From a bacterium (GTDB lineage: Bacteria > Electryoneota > Electryoneia > Electryoneales > Electryoneaceae): 64,000 nucleotides of DNA. The notes under the pieces are model-generated. The model did no database searches. It worked only from the letters and a program-made list of their open reading frames with translations, and had not been told where the DNA came from. The translations under genes and the position numbers were made by a program. Below are positions 49,697-61,400 of this stretch, in pieces. Each line of letters starts with the position of its first letter. Within the stretch, counting starts at the first letter, position 1. The stretch is taken from NCBI GenBank assembly GCA_963669175.1, contig OY769902.1:128001-192000 (forward strand), read 5' to 3'.

Positions 49697-50485
49697 CTAT
49701 CGCAGGAGACGATCCACCAGGATAGCGCCTGCCATGGCGACATTGAGCGAATCTACCTGCCCACGCCTCTCGATAGCAACCCGTAGATCAGCAAGACTCA
49801 CAAGTTTTTCATCCATACCGTGTGCTTCGCTGCCCAGTATCAGGATGGTCGGGGAATCCGGGGAAAGTGGCGGTGGCGCGCTGGCGTTTTCAACGATGGA
49901 GGCCAGAATGGTAGCGCCCTGTTCCCGGGCCTTCTTGCAAGCTGAATACAAATCGACCGGCTGACAGATGCGAACCTGCAGGTGTGCCGCCATGGCCGCG
50001 CGAATGGTCTTGGGGTTGTACAGTTCTGCGGTGCCCTCGCCCAGCCAGACTTCACGAATACCATAGAAGGCAGCCACACGAATCAGGGTGCCCACATTGC
50101 CCGGATCACTAACCTTGTCCAGCGCCAGCGCCAGTCCGGGCGGCACAGGAATCAGCGGGGATTGGGCAGGCGCCTGCTTCATAATCGCCAGAACCGGGGG
50201 CGCTGTCGACAATCCGCTCACTGCCTGCAATTCATCCAGCCCTGTTTCGCGAAGCGGGTATTTCTCGCGCTGCAACCAGTCCAGCAATTCCTGGTCGGAG
50301 GAACGGGTCAGGCTACGGGCATCATGCAGAATTCCGTAAGCCTCGGCGCCCTGCATCAGGGCGTCTTCAATGGCAGCGCTGCCTTCCAGGAGGTAAACGC
50401 CGAATTCTTTACGGTATTTCTTTGACGAAAGCTTGCGTAGCCAGGTTTTTCCTGGCGGCCAGTGGGGAAGTTTGGAGAATGACAT
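49697..50485 (-). CDS. TrmH/SpoU family RNA methyltransferase
   Basis: DKVSDPGNVGTLIR, ILGSEAHG, DSLNVAMA. Confidence 0.93.
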   Translation of the reverse strand: MSFSKLPHWPPGKTWLRKLSSKKYRKEFGVYLLEGSAAIEDALMQGAEAYGILHDARSLTRSSDQELLDWLQREKYPLRETGLDELQAVSGLSTAPPVLAIMKQAPAQSPLIPVPPGLALALDKVSDPGNVGTLIRVAAFYGIREVWLGEGTAELYNPKTIRAAMAAHLQVRICQPVDLYSACKKAREQGATILASIVENASAPPPLSPDSPTILILGSEAHGMDEKLVSLADLRVAIERRGQVDSLNVAMAGAILVDRLLR

Positions 50486-50490
50486 GACTT

Positions 50491-50877
50491 TTAAAAGATG
50501 TCGAGGTCGTCCATGCCAAGCGCCTGAACGATCTTCGTTAACAGTTGTTCGCTGGTGAATGGTTTGGTCATGTATTGCTTGGCGCCCAGTCGAATCGCCT
50601 CAACCATACGTTCTTTCAGGTTGACCGTGGTCAGCATGATAATGGGGATACGGGTGTACTCTTCGCTGCTTTTCACTCGTTTCAGAAATTCCAGCCCATC
50701 CATAACCGGCATTTCAATGTCGAGGATAATCAGATCGACATTGCCGTTTTCCTTCGCCAGCACATCGAGCCCTTCCTGGCCGTTTTCCGCTTCAAGAAAA
50801 TCTGCGCCGATCACCTCAACCATACTCTGTACAGTTTTACGAATGGTGCGGGTATCATCTACCGAAAGGATTTTCAT
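50491..50877 (-). CDS. Single-domain response regulator (CheY-like)
   Basis: ILSVDD, ILDIEMPVMDG, MLTT, TKPF; follows cheR. Confidence 0.9.
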   Translation of the reverse strand: MKILSVDDTRTIRKTVQSMVEVIGADFLEAENGQEGLDVLAKENGNVDLIILDIEMPVMDGLEFLKRVKSSEEYTRIPIIMLTTVNLKERMVEAIRLGAKQYMTKPFTSEQLLTKIVQALGMDDLDIF

Positions 50878-50885
50878 AGCTCACC

Positions 50886-51725
50886 TCAACTCCGTTTCTG
50901 GTTATAGATACAATTTTTATGCACTTTGATATCAAAATCATTGGAGAGGCCACGGATAGTCTCTGTAGCGCCCAGGAGCATCAGACCGTTGGGACGTAGG
51001 GCGCGTGCCATCTTGGCGAACAACTCTTCTTTAAACTTGGCTGCGAAATAGATGGCCACATAGCGAGAGAGAATCACATCAAAGGTGCCGACAGCGGTAA
51101 AGGGCTCCTGCAGGTTGAACCGTTTGAATTTGACAAACTTTTTAACCTCGTCATTCAGAACCCAGACACGTCCGTCCTGCTTGAAGAAACGCTGTTTCCG
51201 GTTAGCGCTCAATCCACGCCCGATTGCCAGCACATCGTATCGCCCCGACAGGGCCAGGAAAAGCGCTGAAGAAGAAATGTCTGTCGCCAGGATTTCCACA
51301 CGGCTCGCCAGGCTGGGGTTGCCACGCTTTTCAGCCTCTTCGATCAACAGCATGACCAGCGAATAGGCTTCCTGACCGGTTGATGCCGCTGCTGACCAGA
51401 CACGTGGCCATTCGCCCTTTTCCACACGGTCGAGCAGGTCTGGAACCACAACTTCCTGCATGAACACCCAGATGGCAGGATCACGAAACCACAAGGTTTC
51501 ATTGGTCGTCATGGCATCAACAACCCGATCACGGAGTTTTCCGCTGGGATCTGCCATGGCCTTATGGTGGAATTCTGTAAATGACGCACACCCTGTCTCC
51601 AGGACGAGGTCAGAGAGACGGGTTTCTATCAAATACTCTTTTCCTGTCTCCAGATGAATCGCACAATGCTGCTCAATGTACGCCTTCATCAAAACGTATT
51701 CCTGATCCGTGATTTTAATGACCAT
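50886..51725 (-). CDS. cheR: Chemotaxis protein-glutamate methyltransferase CheR
   Basis: MTTNETLWFRD, RVWSAAASTGQEAYS, ILATDIS, FDVILSRYVAIYF. Confidence 0.93.
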   Translation of the reverse strand: MVIKITDQEYVLMKAYIEQHCAIHLETGKEYLIETRLSDLVLETGCASFTEFHHKAMADPSGKLRDRVVDAMTTNETLWFRDPAIWVFMQEVVVPDLLDRVEKGEWPRVWSAAASTGQEAYSLVMLLIEEAEKRGNPSLASRVEILATDISSSALFLALSGRYDVLAIGRGLSANRKQRFFKQDGRVWVLNDEVKKFVKFKRFNLQEPFTAVGTFDVILSRYVAIYFAAKFKEELFAKMARALRPNGLMLLGATETIRGLSNDFDIKVHKNCIYNQKRS

Positions 51726-52089
51726 GGGTACCTGAATCCCTGCCCGATCATGTTCTGGATGCCACTGCGCATTTCACGTCTGCTGGCAGCTCATCGCTTC
51801 GCCGAATAAGTTGACACGAAAGATACTACAAGAAACCTGATGACTTCAAAACAATTCGCTAAAACTCAACGGTTACGAGTGCCAAACAATTAGTGGACCG
51901 TTTCACCTGTATAAAATCGCCTTGCAGCCAAACGCTTTGAACAAGCAGAATCTCTCAAGTTAGAAGAAACGGTCAAATAATCATCAACGTAGGCTCGAGT
52001 AAAAACGCATGCCAGAAGGGAATATAAACTCAAAGAGCGCTTGGAGCCTGTTGCATATTTTTTCACAAAGGTTAGTCTCTCGCAATTTT

Positions 52090-52118
52090 TTGACAATTGC
52101 ACGAAGGTGAATTACTAT
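52090..52118 (+). promoter_or_regulatory. Sigma70-type promoter for the aldo/keto reductase gene
   Basis: TTGACA (52090-52095), 17-nt spacer, TACTAT (52113-52118), about 40 nt before the ATG. Confidence 0.6.
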
Positions 52119-52159
52119 AGGTAATTCGGCAAGGCTTGACGACAGACAGGAGTAAATTG

Positions 52160-53131
52160 ATGAAAACACGCCAGTTAGGCACTACAGATCTTTTCTTAAC
52201 AGAGATTGGTTTCGGAGCGTGGGCTATCGGAGGAGGCAATTGGGCCTTCGGCTGGGGGCCTCAGAACAATGCGGAAGCAATTGCTGCCATTAGACGTTCA
52301 ATCGAGCTGGGCGTAAACTGGATTGATACGGCTGCTATCTACGGCCTCGGTCACAGTGAAGAACTCGTGGCGCAAGCAGTTAAAGGTCATAGAAAAGAAG
52401 TTATAATTGCGACCAAGTGTTCCATGATCTGGGACGAGCGCGGTGTCATTTCCAACAGCCTCTATGCTGATTCCGTAAGGCGAGAATGTATCGCTAGCCT
52501 CCGTCGCCTGAATACCGATTATATTGATCTATACCAGATTCACTGGCCCAGCGATGACGAGAGGATTGAAGAAGGCTGGGAAACAATCCTCCGCTTGATG
52601 GAAGAGGGAAAAATCCGGCATGGTGGAGTGAGTAACTTCACCATTAACCATATTGAACGCGCTCAAATGGTTCATCCGGTTTCCTCGCTTCAGCCTCCCT
52701 ACAGCATGCTGGACCGGGGTATCGAGAAAGAGCTGCTTCCATACTGCCAGGAAAAGGGCATTGGTATTATTGCCTACAGTCCGATGCAGAACGGCCTCCT
52801 GACCGGGAAGTTTGACATCGCCAATGTAGCAGAGAGCGATTGGCGGCATCGTTCACCGCATTTCCAGGAACCGGCGCTGTCTGCAAGCCTGAAGTTTATC
52901 GAAGAAATCCGGCCAATCGCAGAGAAGTACAACAAAACAGTTGCGCAGTTGGCAATCGCATGGGTGCTGCGGCATGAAGTTGTGACTTCTGCAATCGTGG
53001 GAGCCAGACGTCCTTCCCAGATCGAAGAGACTGTCGGCGGAGCTGAGTGGGCACTCGATGAAGATGATATTAAAACCATTGATGAGTTGTTGAAAAAACG
53101 TCTTGATGCGATCAAAAAGAAAACAAAGTGA
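52160..53131 (+). CDS. Aldo/keto reductase
   Basis: IGFGAWAIGG, IDTAAIYG, IATK, IDLYQIHWP, GVSNF, YSPMQNGLLTG. Confidence 0.95.
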   Translation: MKTRQLGTTDLFLTEIGFGAWAIGGGNWAFGWGPQNNAEAIAAIRRSIELGVNWIDTAAIYGLGHSEELVAQAVKGHRKEVIIATKCSMIWDERGVISNSLYADSVRRECIASLRRLNTDYIDLYQIHWPSDDERIEEGWETILRLMEEGKIRHGGVSNFTINHIERAQMVHPVSSLQPPYSMLDRGIEKELLPYCQEKGIGIIAYSPMQNGLLTGKFDIANVAESDWRHRSPHFQEPALSASLKFIEEIRPIAEKYNKTVAQLAIAWVLRHEVVTSAIVGARRPSQIEETVGGAEWALDEDDIKTIDELLKKRLDAIKKKTK

Positions 53132-53157
53132 TTTGTTTTCCATGTACAGATTCTCTT

Positions 53158-53188
53158 CACCCGGTTGGATTTTCAACCGGGTGTTTTT
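53158..53188 (+). terminator. Intrinsic terminator after aldo/keto reductase gene
   Basis: cacccggttg-gatttt-caaccgggtg followed by ttttt. Confidence 0.8.
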
Positions 53189-53193
53189 GCTCA

Positions 53194-54113
53194 CTAGCCC
53201 GGATATTTCACCAATGCAATTTCAAATGTGGTATTTGATGGAATGGCCAGTACAAGAACCACGGCAGTGGTTCCCTGAATTAGCCCACCGTCCAGCGCCG
53301 TCTGTTTGGCGCTCACGGTGGGAATAGGATGTACGCTACTTGCCAACCCCGGCAGCGGGTTGCCTGAATATTTCCACTGTATACTTTTGATAATTATCAG
53401 GTTACTCCTTCCGGAGTAAATATATGGCGCGCATTATCTCCCCGGGTAGCCGCCAAACTGACGGCGGCTGCCCGGGGCTAATACAGGTTGCCCCTGCCGG
53501 GGCGGCTGCCGAAACTCAGCCTCAGTATGCCAGCGAAACAGGTAATTGACACGCAAAGGGATACCGGAGCAAACTATACCCTGAAAAATGCTGTATGAAT
53601 CAGTTGTATTGTGTTGATATGAACTGTGTTAAGATGATTATCCATATTTCACCAATGCAATTTCAAATGTGGTATTTGATGGAATGGCCAGTACAAGAAC
53701 CACGGCAGTGGTTCCCTGAATTAGCCCACCGTCCAGCGCCGTCTGTTTGGCGCTCACGGTGGGAATAGGATGTACGCTACTTGCCAACCCCGGCAGCGGG
53801 TTGCCTGAATATTTCCACTGTATACTTTTGATAATTATCAGGTTACTCCTTTCGGAGTAAATATATGGCGCGCATTATCTCCCCGGGTAGCCGCCAAACT
53901 GACGGCGGCTGCCCGGGGCTAATACAGGTTGCCCCTGCCGGGGCGGCTGCCGAAACTCAGCCTCAGTATGCCAGCGAAACAGGTAATTGACACGCAAAGG
54001 GATACCGGAGCAAACTATACCCTGAAAAATGCTGTATGATTCAGTTGCATTGTGCCGATATGGACTGTGTTGAAATTATAATCCTTGTTTCGTTCATGAA
54101 ATATCCGGGCTAG
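53194..54113 (+). mobile_element. Family A MITE-like element, copy 2, with a 441-bp internal tandem duplication
   Basis: Perfect 17-bp inverted repeat ctagcccggatatttca / tgaaatatccgggctag; atatttcaccaatgc at 53203 and 53644 starts two near-identical units. Confidence 0.88.
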
Positions 54114-54826
54114 CCTTCCAGCAAACGCTGCCGGGCCTCTTCCGAAAGCTTTTTTGTCGCTTCTGTCATGAAGCCTTTCCGTACTTTCCCCGCCCAAGGT
54201 TGCAGGAATTTCTCCACCGCCTCCAGATCGCTCACTTCACGCAACGCCCAGGCGACCGCTTTCCATATCTCTTTTTCCGTATGGGTCATCAGGTGCCGTA
54301 ATACCCGAAAAGTCTCTTCTGGGCAGGATCTTCCACCATGATTGAATTGTACTGTGGAGGCTGCGGCAAGGCGTTTTTTCCAGGTGGTTTCCCCATTTAC
54401 CGCCCAGGCTTCCAGGTAGCCCAACCGGCTCCAGTCATCCATGACCCAGTAACCTACCGGCAATGAAAGCTGGTCCGTGGTCTCCCAGTTGTCGAGTTCA
54501 CGCGCCCAGCCACCAACACGTTCTCCGAAAAGATCATCCAGTTCAGCGGCGCCTTTTCCCAGGCCGATAGCCCCCACGACAATCTCTTCACGAACGTGCG
54601 CGCCAACAACCAGGTTCAGAAAATGCTGCCAATCGAGCGGTTCAAGTTTGAAATGGTTGGTCGCATCACGAGCAATAGTGCGCAGTACTGGCACACGAAT
54701 TCCCTTAAAGGAGCCAGCGCCGGGAACCGCCTGCTTCATGCCTTCGGCATAAACCGGGTCGATATGCTGGTCAAACTGTCCCTGCAACCATTCACGAACG
54801 TGCTGAGGATTTACCGGAGAACTCAC
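54110..54826 (-). CDS. DNA alkylation repair protein (AlkD-like HEAT-repeat family)
   Basis: GIRVPVLRTIAR, REE, LDNWETTD, W.KR, KAVAWALRE. Confidence 0.85.
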   Translation of the reverse strand: MSSPVNPQHVREWLQGQFDQHIDPVYAEGMKQAVPGAGSFKGIRVPVLRTIARDATNHFKLEPLDWQHFLNLVVGAHVREEIVVGAIGLGKGAAELDDLFGERVGGWARELDNWETTDQLSLPVGYWVMDDWSRLGYLEAWAVNGETTWKKRLAAASTVQFNHGGRSCPEETFRVLRHLMTHTEKEIWKAVAWALREVSDLEAVEKFLQPWAGKVRKGFMTEATKKLSEEARQRLLEG

Positions 54827-55027
54827 CTCTTTACTCCTTTCGGATACACATATTGCCGCCGAGGCGCAAAATTGGGATGTTCCAAGCTCCTGCGCAAGAG
54901 GTAATGTCGTTCCAACTCTTCTTTTTTAGAGCGAGAGTGATCATAATCTATAATTGGTTGCGCCTGATGATGGATGAGGCTATGTTAGCAAGGCCAAAAC
55001 GAGCCGTAACCACTCAGGAGATCAACC

Positions 55028-58000
55028 ATGAAGGTGTACCAGTCCATTGTAATGATCATTCTCCTTTTGAGTTTTCCGCTTGCAGGAATGGCGGATGAAG
55101 TCTTCTTTCCGAGATTCCCGGATATTTCACCGGATGGAAAAACGGTTGTCTTTACCTTCCAAGGCGATATCTGGACCGCCTCTGTTGACGGTGGGCAGGC
55201 TCAACGCCTGACAGCAAACCCGGCATATGATCAGTTTGCCGTATTTTCCCCCGACGGGAAATCCATTGTCTTTACCTCAAACCGCAATGGGTCCTACGAT
55301 CTTTATATCATGCCCTCCACAGGCGGCATTCCGGAAAGATTAACCTTCTCCCCTGCGACTGATTTAGCGCAGGACTGGACGCCAGACGGTAAAACCATCC
55401 TGTTAAAATCCAGGCATCCTTATGAATACCCGGTTGACTACCAGATATTCACCATGCCTGCTTCCGGCGGCACCCCCTTCCGATTCACCGAGTTTTTTGC
55501 CAACGAAATCGTTGTTTCCCCCGACGGAAAATCGTACCTGCTGGCAATCGGTGACAATCGCTTCGGCCGCAGAGGGTATCGTGGCACCCTGCAATCCGAC
55601 ATCTGGCTGTGGAAAGAGGGTCAGGATCCCGTAAAAATCACGGATGATCCGGGCTATGATACCGACCCCATGTGGGCGCCGGATGGGAATACGGTTTATT
55701 TCCGTGGTGAAGACGACAAAAGCAACGCCTTCAACATCTGGAAAATGAACCTGGACGGCTCCGGTCGTACCCGTCTGACCAACTTTACGGATAAGACTCT
55801 CGGCGTTCGTAACGCCCGCATCAGCGAATCCGGCATCATCGTATTTGAAGCCGAATACGGGATCTACACTTTTGATCCGACATCCGGGAAAAAGCCGGTT
55901 CAGATCAAACTGGAAGCTGCTGCCGACCTGATTGAAAAACCGGTTGTCACCTCCACCTTCACCAGCGGCGCTTCTGACCTTACCGCCGATAGTGAAGGCG
56001 AAGAATATGCCATCATTGTCGAGGGCGATATTGTCCTGATAAACAAGGAACTCGGTGGTCGCGCCACGGTTCCGGTACCCGATCCGGCACGTGATCAGAA
56101 CATTGCCTTCAAACCCGGAACGGCAGATACACTCCTGTTCGATACGGATCGCTGGGGCGAGGGCAAGGATCGCGTACAGCGAGTCGCTCTCCTCATTTCC
56201 GACGACAAGGATGAATCGCTGCTGCGTGAAGCGAAAAAGTGGAAAATCGAATACCTGACCGGGACTGATGAAAACTGCTTCGATCCGCAATGGTCACCCG
56301 ATGGCAAGAAGATTGCCTACGTTAGCGGACAGGGCGACCTGATGGTAATGGATGCAGATGGCGGCGGAAAGAAAAAGCTCTTCACCAGCCCGAACACTCC
56401 TTCTTTCTCCTGGTCGCCGGATAGTCGCTGGATTGCCTATTCTGTTGAAGACAACGAATATAACGGTGATATCTGGATTATTCCCGCGAAGGGCGGCGAA
56501 GCCTATAACGTCAGCCAGCATCCCGATGATGATTTCAGCCCGAAATGGTCCAAAGATGGTCGCATGATTGCATGGACCACACGCCGTCATGACAACCAGT
56601 ACGATGTCTATTTCGCCTACCTGACCAAGGCAGATGATCAGCGTACAAAGGAAGAATGGGAAATCTGGGAAAAGACACGCGACAAACCGAACAAAAAAGA
56701 TAAAGACGAAGAAGAAAAAGACGAGGACGAAGAGGAAATCGCTCCTGAAGATACCTTCGAAGTGCGCATTGACTTCGATGGCCTCTATGAACGCGGACGT
56801 CGTCTCACTTCCAGCCCGAACACTGAAACCGCAGCCGCGATTCACCCCCGTGGCGACAAGATCTTTTTTGTCCGGCACACCGATGGTGATGCTTCCCTGA
56901 TCGCCGTGAATCGTTTTGGCAAAGACGAAGAGACCATTATTGAATCGCTGGATGGCGGTGTCCTTTTTGACGCCACAGCCGAAAAGTTTTACCTGATCAA
57001 GGGCGGAAAACCCGCTGTTGTCGGTATGGATGGCGGAAAGGTTGAAACAACCGATTTCGAGGCGTTGTTGACCATCGATAAACCGGCGCGACACCTGCAA
57101 ATCCTGGATGAAGCCTATTACACCCTGGGCGACTGGTTCTACGATCCCCGGATGCACGGGGTAGACTGGGCCCATCAGCGTGACCTGGTGGAACCGATCA
57201 TCAGGAATGCGTTCACTGAGGAAGACTTCGCGGACGGTATGAACCTGATGATTCGCGGGCTGAACTCCTCCCATATGGGTTATTATCCTCCAGGACGCAA
57301 CTCTGCTTATCGCACTCCGGGATTCCTTGGGCTTGAATTTGATCCCACATACAAGGGCAAGGGCCTGAAGGTAGCCAGTGTCATGATGGACTCCCCGGCC
57401 GATATGGTGAAGACACGCATTCTGCCTGATGATATCATTACGGAAGTGAACGGTATGCCGGTATCAGCAACGGAGAACTACTTCCGTACGATGGTTGACC
57501 GGGATGACAACCCCGCTTTCGTGACTTTTAAACGTGGTGGTGAAACCCTGACCTATAAACTTTCACCGACAAGCTGGTCCGGCATGTTTGATATTGCCTA
57601 TAACCAGATGGTGAAGGAAAACCGTGCGTATGTAGAGAAGAAGAGCAACGGCAAGGTCGGCTATGTCCACATCCAGGGCATGGGTTGGGCGCAGGTTGAA
57701 CTGTTTGAGCGCGACCTGTATGCGGCAGCCCATGACAAGGACGCCCTGATTATCGACGTTCGCTGGAATGGCGGCGGCTGGACGACAGACATGCTGCTCA
57801 CCATCCTGACTCAGCCTGAGCATGCGTATACCATCGGCCGTGATGGCGACATCGGCTACCCGCAACCTCGTTACCCGATGTATCGCTGGACCAAACCAAT
57901 TGCTGTCATTTGTGACGAGAATTCCTATTCCAACGCTGAAATCTTCAGCCACGCCATTAAGACGATTGACCGTGGTCCGGTGGTTGGCAACATCACTGGT

Positions 58001-58297
58001 GGTAATGTGATCTCCACCGGTGGCTGGACGACGCAGGATGGTGGTCATGTGCGCATGCCGTTCCGTGGCTTCTACGTCTGGGGCGATAAAAAGCACCCGG
58101 AACGCAACAACAAGAACCAGGAACATGGCGGCGCGATCCCGGATTACATTGTTGTGCTGACACCGGGCGACCGTATGCACGACAGGGATCCGCAGCTTGA
58201 CAAGGCGACAGACCTGATGATTGAAGCAGCAAAAGAAGAAGCGATGAAGCCGACTCCCAAGCCGAAAGATCCGGCGGCTGCGAAGTACTCGAAGTAA
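55028..58297 (+). CDS. Tricorn-like S41 peptidase (PD40 propellers, PDZ, catalytic domain), exported
   Basis: Signal peptide; many (W/F)SPDGK repeats; LNSSH; GYVHIQGM; IIDVRWNGGG; SYSNAEIF catalytic Ser. Confidence 0.93.
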   Translation: MKVYQSIVMIILLLSFPLAGMADEVFFPRFPDISPDGKTVVFTFQGDIWTASVDGGQAQRLTANPAYDQFAVFSPDGKSIVFTSNRNGSYDLYIMPSTGGIPERLTFSPATDLAQDWTPDGKTILLKSRHPYEYPVDYQIFTMPASGGTPFRFTEFFANEIVVSPDGKSYLLAIGDNRFGRRGYRGTLQSDIWLWKEGQDPVKITDDPGYDTDPMWAPDGNTVYFRGEDDKSNAFNIWKMNLDGSGRTRLTNFTDKTLGVRNARISESGIIVFEAEYGIYTFDPTSGKKPVQIKLEAAADLIEKPVVTSTFTSGASDLTADSEGEEYAIIVEGDIVLINKELGGRATVPVPDPARDQNIAFKPGTADTLLFDTDRWGEGKDRVQRVALLISDDKDESLLREAKKWKIEYLTGTDENCFDPQWSPDGKKIAYVSGQGDLMVMDADGGGKKKLFTSPNTPSFSWSPDSRWIAYSVEDNEYNGDIWIIPAKGGEAYNVSQHPDDDFSPKWSKDGRMIAWTTRRHDNQYDVYFAYLTKADDQRTKEEWEIWEKTRDKPNKKDKDEEEKDEDEEEIAPEDTFEVRIDFDGLYERGRRLTSSPNTETAAAIHPRGDKIFFVRHTDGDASLIAVNRFGKDEETIIESLDGGVLFDATAEKFYLIKGGKPAVVGMDGGKVETTDFEALLTIDKPARHLQILDEAYYTLGDWFYDPRMHGVDWAHQRDLVEPIIRNAFTEEDFADGMNLMIRGLNSSHMGYYPPGRNSAYRTPGFLGLEFDPTYKGKGLKVASVMMDSPADMVKTRILPDDIITEVNGMPVSATENYFRTMVDRDDNPAFVTFKRGGETLTYKLSPTSWSGMFDIAYNQMVKENRAYVEKKSNGKVGYVHIQGMGWAQVELFERDLYAAAHDKDALIIDVRWNGGGWTTDMLLTILTQPEHAYTIGRDGDIGYPQPRYPMYRWTKPIAVICDENSYSNAEIFSHAIKTIDRGPVVGNITGGNVISTGGWTTQDGGHVRMPFRGFYVWGDKKHPERNNKNQEHGGAIPDYIVVLTPGDRMHDRDPQLDKATDLMIEAAKEEAMKPTPKPKDPAAAKYSK

Positions 58298-58321
58298 TAC
58301 TTGATCCTGATGCGCTTTCTG

Positions 58322-58359
58322 ACTGCAACTCCGATTTGGTCTCGGAGTTGCAGTTTTTT
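58322..58359 (+). terminator. Intrinsic terminator after S41 peptidase gene
   Basis: actgcaactccga...tcggagttgcagt followed by a T-tract. Confidence 0.8.
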
Positions 58360-58497
58360 CTTTCCCTGATGCGTCATTCATCACAAATTTATCAGCCTCA
58401 GCAATGCTATATTGAATATTGTGGTGGTCCGTTTTTATAATTGATACGTGCTTCGGAACAAAAATCCTTTCAGAGCCTGCTTGGGGAGTAATGGCTA

Positions 58498-61400
58498 ATG
58501 CCAGAAACAGGTGAAAAATCTCTTTATTCCGCCATGTCGGCAGACATCAACCAGAGTGGCCCCGATGTCATGCAGGAACAGAACCAAATGATACTCGCCG
58601 CCTACTTCGACGCCCCTTTCGGTGTGCATCTGTACCGGCTGAATGACGATGAACAACTGGTATTTGCCGGAGCTAATAATACAGCAGACAACCTCCTGAA
58701 GATTGAACACGAAACCCTGATTGGCCAATTCCTGCCTGATGTTTTTCGGAATGCAAAAAGCAGTGATCTTTTCGAGAACCTTACTGAAATTGCAAAAAAC
58801 GGCTCTACCTGGATTTCTGAAGTGTTTGATTATCAGGACGATCGGATTTCCGGCGCTTTCCTGATTCTTGCTTACCGTCCGATACCTGGAACACTACTGA
58901 CGATCATTGCCGATGCCAGCGAACTGATGCTGCAACAGAACCTGATACAACGCAAACAGGAACAACTGGATATCATCCTGAATTCCGCCAATATCGGCAT
59001 CTGGGATTATGATTTGAAGAACGGTATTCTGGAAATCATGGGCCAGGGATTGATAACTCTTGGTTATGACGCTCCCAGGCTCAGTGTTTCGACAGAGCAA
59101 TGGCTCGCCATGATTCATCCTTTGCAACGTGAAGATGTCGCCCGCTCTTTCCAGGCGCACCTGGAAGGAAGAAGTATTTTTTTTGACAAAGAATACCAGG
59201 TTCGCTCCGTGTCCGGCAATTATTATTGGATTTCTATCCGTGGCAAAGTAGTAGAACGCGACCGCTCAGGGATTCCTGTCAGGGCTACGGGTATCCATGA
59301 AGATATCAACAATCGAAAGAAACGCGAAGAACAGATCCGCCTGTACCATGAACGCATGTACCAATACCAGAGTACGCTGTTATCCCTGTCCACGCATCGT
59401 GCATTGCGCATTGGTAATTTTGCCCAGGCTGCCCGCACGATTACCAGCGCTGTTGCTGATATTCTGCGTGCAGATCGGGTGTCAATCTGGCTTGTAAATG
59501 GTTCACGTGATCAACTCGTTAGCGTAGATCTATACAATCGCCCGCAAGAGACGCATACCTCGGGCGACATCTTGACCCCGAGTACCAATCCCAACTATTT
59601 CATGGCGCTGGATGCCGGCAGGTATATTGCAGCAAATGATGCCCGCCATGACCCGAGAACCAAAGACTTTACCGCATCCTATCTCGAGCCCAATGATATT
59701 TATTCACTGCTGGATACTCCCATCAGGATCGAAGGAGAAGTTGCCGGGACTGTCAGTATTGAAAATACACAAACATTACGTAAATGGGATGAATCTGAGA
59801 TCTCTTTCGTCGGACAGGTTGGCGACCTTACCGCACAAGCCTTGAGCAATGCCAGGCGAAGAGAAGCTGAAGAGGCGTTGCGGGAAAGCGAAGAAAAGCT
59901 TCGCTCTTTCATGGAAAGCGTTGATGACTCTGTCTATTTCCAGAGGTTGGATGGCGCAGTCGAACACTTGACCAGTGTGGACTCGAAAACGACCGGGTAT
60001 AGTCGAGAAGAGTATAAAAACGATCCACAACTCTGGGAAAAAATTATCCATCCGGATGATTTCCGGATTGCAAAAGACTTCTTCCAGAGCAAGGCCGGTA
60101 AGGTGGACCGATTTGATATCCTGTTCAGGCTCAAGCATAAGTCAGGAGACTGGCGATGGATACAATCACGCATGGTGGGCGCGAAAGATAAACAGGGAAA
60201 AATCACGGGGTATAACTGTGTTGACCGTGATGTCACAAACCTGAAAACAGCCGAAGAAGAAATCAGGCAAAGCGAAAGCCGATTCAGAATGCTGTTCGAG
60301 AACTCGGAGGATGCGATTTACATCCGAGTCGGCCGTCAGTTTGTCATGGTGTCACCCAGTTTCGAGCGACTGTTCGGCTATGATGCGTCTGAAATTACAT
60401 CCGAGGGATTTGATTCTTCAGTTTTTATTGCCGAGAAAGACCGTGATGTCGTTCTTGGGCATCTGGAGGCCTACGATAAAGGCGAGCTGGGTACTATTGA
60501 AGAATCCTTTACCGGAGTACGAAAAGACGGACAGAAAATAGAGGTTGATTTGCGTGTGTCACGGCTGGAGTGGGATGGCGCCCCAGCCATAATGGGTATC
60601 ATACGTGATGTTTCCGAACGCCGTCGCCTTGAAGCTCAATTGTTGCGTTCCCAGAAAATGGAAGCTGTCGGCAGACTGGCCGGTGGTATAGCCCACGACT
60701 TCAACAATCTGTTGACCGCGATTTCCGGGAATGCAGAACTGGCCCAATTACAGTTGCATGAAAGTGATCCACTCTTTCGTTATGTCAACGATATTACGAA
60801 AACAACCACTCGCGGTGCAGCGCTTACACGGCAGTTGCTGGCATTCAGCCGGAAACAGGTTGCCGAACCTCGCCTGACCAACCTGAATACGATCCTGACC
60901 AACATGGAGTACATGCTTCGCCGCCTGATTGGCGAGGATATCCGTTTTGTTCTCCAGAAAGATACAGAACTGGGACAGATCCTGATTGATCCGGTTCAAC
61001 TGGAACAGATAATCGTCAACCTCGTGGTCAACGCTCGTGATGCCATGCCGGAAGGCGGAAGGCTTGCCATAGAGTCCAGCAATGTGGACGTGGACAAGAA
61101 CCACACCCTTGAACACCTGGACGCGAAGCTTGGCCCCCATGTCCTTCTGACGGTACAGGATACCGGCTGTGGTATTCCAGCGGAAATCCTCGACAATGTT
61201 TTCGAGCCCTTCTTCACCACCAAGGGCGAATCGGAAGGAACCGGCCTGGGATTGTCTACTGTGTATGGTATTGTCCGTCAGAACGGCGGGCATATTGATC
61301 TGAAAAGCACTTTGAACGAGGGAACCATTTTTAACATCTATTTGCCTCGTGTCCAGGCAAAGGAAGTGCTGGAAGAAAACGCCCATATAACAAGAAAAGA

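Noticed and set aside
53103-53327. Short ORFs sharing EPRQWFP.LAHRPAPSVWRSRWE (also 7890..8099 and 63421..63711) and ORF 42896..43153
   Set aside because: They are translations of the family A hairpin repeat with inconsistent starts and lengths, not a protein family.
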